The notes beneath the pieces are model-generated. The model did not search any database, was not told the DNA's origin, and worked only from the letters and a program-made list of their open reading frames with translations. DNA of 32,000 bases from Methylorubrum extorquens (lineage in GTDB: Bacteria > Pseudomonadota > Alphaproteobacteria > Rhizobiales > Beijerinckiaceae): the NCBI GenBank assembly GCA_900234795.1, contig LT962688.1:3750001-3782000 (forward strand), in the 5' to 3' direction. Every line of letters begins with the position of its first letter. Position 1 is the stretch's first letter. The position numbers and the translations under genes are program-made. Positions 31,504 to 32,000 of this stretch are shown here, piece after piece.

Positions 31504-31977
31504 ATGCTCGTACGTACCCTTACCTTCGCCGCCGCGCTCGCCTGCGCGGCGCCGGCCCTCGCCGCCGAGCACGACCACGGTTCCATGCAATCCGCCGTGA
31601 GGCTGCCGGAGGCCTGCAAGGCGGCGACCGCCGGCAAGGACGCCATGATGAAGGACATGCAGGGGCACATGTCCCAGGCCATGCAGGGCATGGGCGGCCA
31701 GATGACCGAGACCCAGAAGGGGCTCCAGCAGGCCATGATGTCGATGAACGGCCCGATGATGCAGGGGATGATGGCGGGCGACCCCGACGTCGCCTGGATC
31801 TGCGCGATGATCCCGCACCACCAGGGCGCCATCGACATGGCTCGCGCCGGGCTGAAGGGCGCCGACAACGCCGAGAGCAAGCGCCTGGCCGAGAAGACCA
31901 TCGAGGAGCAGGAGAAGAGCATCAAGGAGCTCGTCGCCTGGCTCGACAAGAACGCCAAGAAGGAAGGCAAGCAGTAA
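31504..31977 (+). CDS. DUF305 (CopM-like) periplasmic protein with Met-rich insertion
   Basis: SD GAGGAGG. Signal peptide MLVRTLTFAAALACAAPALA|A. The Met-rich stretch is MMKDMQGHMSQAMQGMGGQMTE...MMSMNGPMMQGMM. DUF305 core ICAMIPHHQGAIDMARAGL. Confidence 0.85.
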   Translation: MLVRTLTFAAALACAAPALAAEHDHGSMQSAVRLPEACKAATAGKDAMMKDMQGHMSQAMQGMGGQMTETQKGLQQAMMSMNGPMMQGMMAGDPDVAWICAMIPHHQGAIDMARAGLKGADNAESKRLAEKTIEEQEKSIKELVAWLDKNAKKEGKQ

Positions 31978-32000
31978 GCCGCCGGTCGCCGCCGGGTCGC

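Noticed and set aside
1-32000. Searched by eye for transposases, integrases, tRNA/rRNA genes and terminal inverted repeats that would delimit the island
   Set aside because: No DDE/tyrosine-recombinase-like ORF, tRNA-like cloverleaf or long terminal repeat was recognised. If the island is mobile, its boundaries lie outside this window.

Overview
Very G+C-rich DNA with alphaproteobacterial-style codon usage (Methylobacterium/Bradyrhizobium-like; this is an inference, no search was run). Almost the whole window is a heavy-metal homeostasis island. Left end (1-4.3 kb): a subtilisin-like S8 peptidase with an unresolved 5' end, an ECF sigma/anti-sigma pair, a small secreted protein, and a signal-less BtuF-like binding protein. 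4.3-6.8 kb: five tiny Sec-exported, extremely His-rich ORFs in alternating orientation, with a sixth paralogue at 12958. There are three separate heavy-metal RND/adaptor efflux modules. (A) is CzcBA-like on the minus strand (7062-12611). (B) is CusBA-like with the CusA methionine triad (17588-23647). (C) is a divergent third class with an unusual adaptor (24368-30935). None has an outer-membrane factor gene. Each module is preceded by a small His/Cys membrane protein ending in PPxxPPR and carries a small periplasmic beta-sandwich-like protein. Between A and B lie a divalent-type MerR regulator divergent from a ZntA/CadA-type P1B ATPase, then an Abi_2-like gene plus a small ORF in a lower-GC patch. 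Right end: two DUF305 (CopM-like) proteins and a Cys-rich four-helix-bundle (Csp3-like) protein. Regulatory signals read directly from the sequence are two near-identical CadR/PbrR-type MerR boxes, two near-identical CueR-type boxes with no cueR in the window, and ECF-type -35/-10 motifs linking the ECF sigma gene to the His-rich ORFs. All family assignments rest on motifs recognised by eye, not on database searches.
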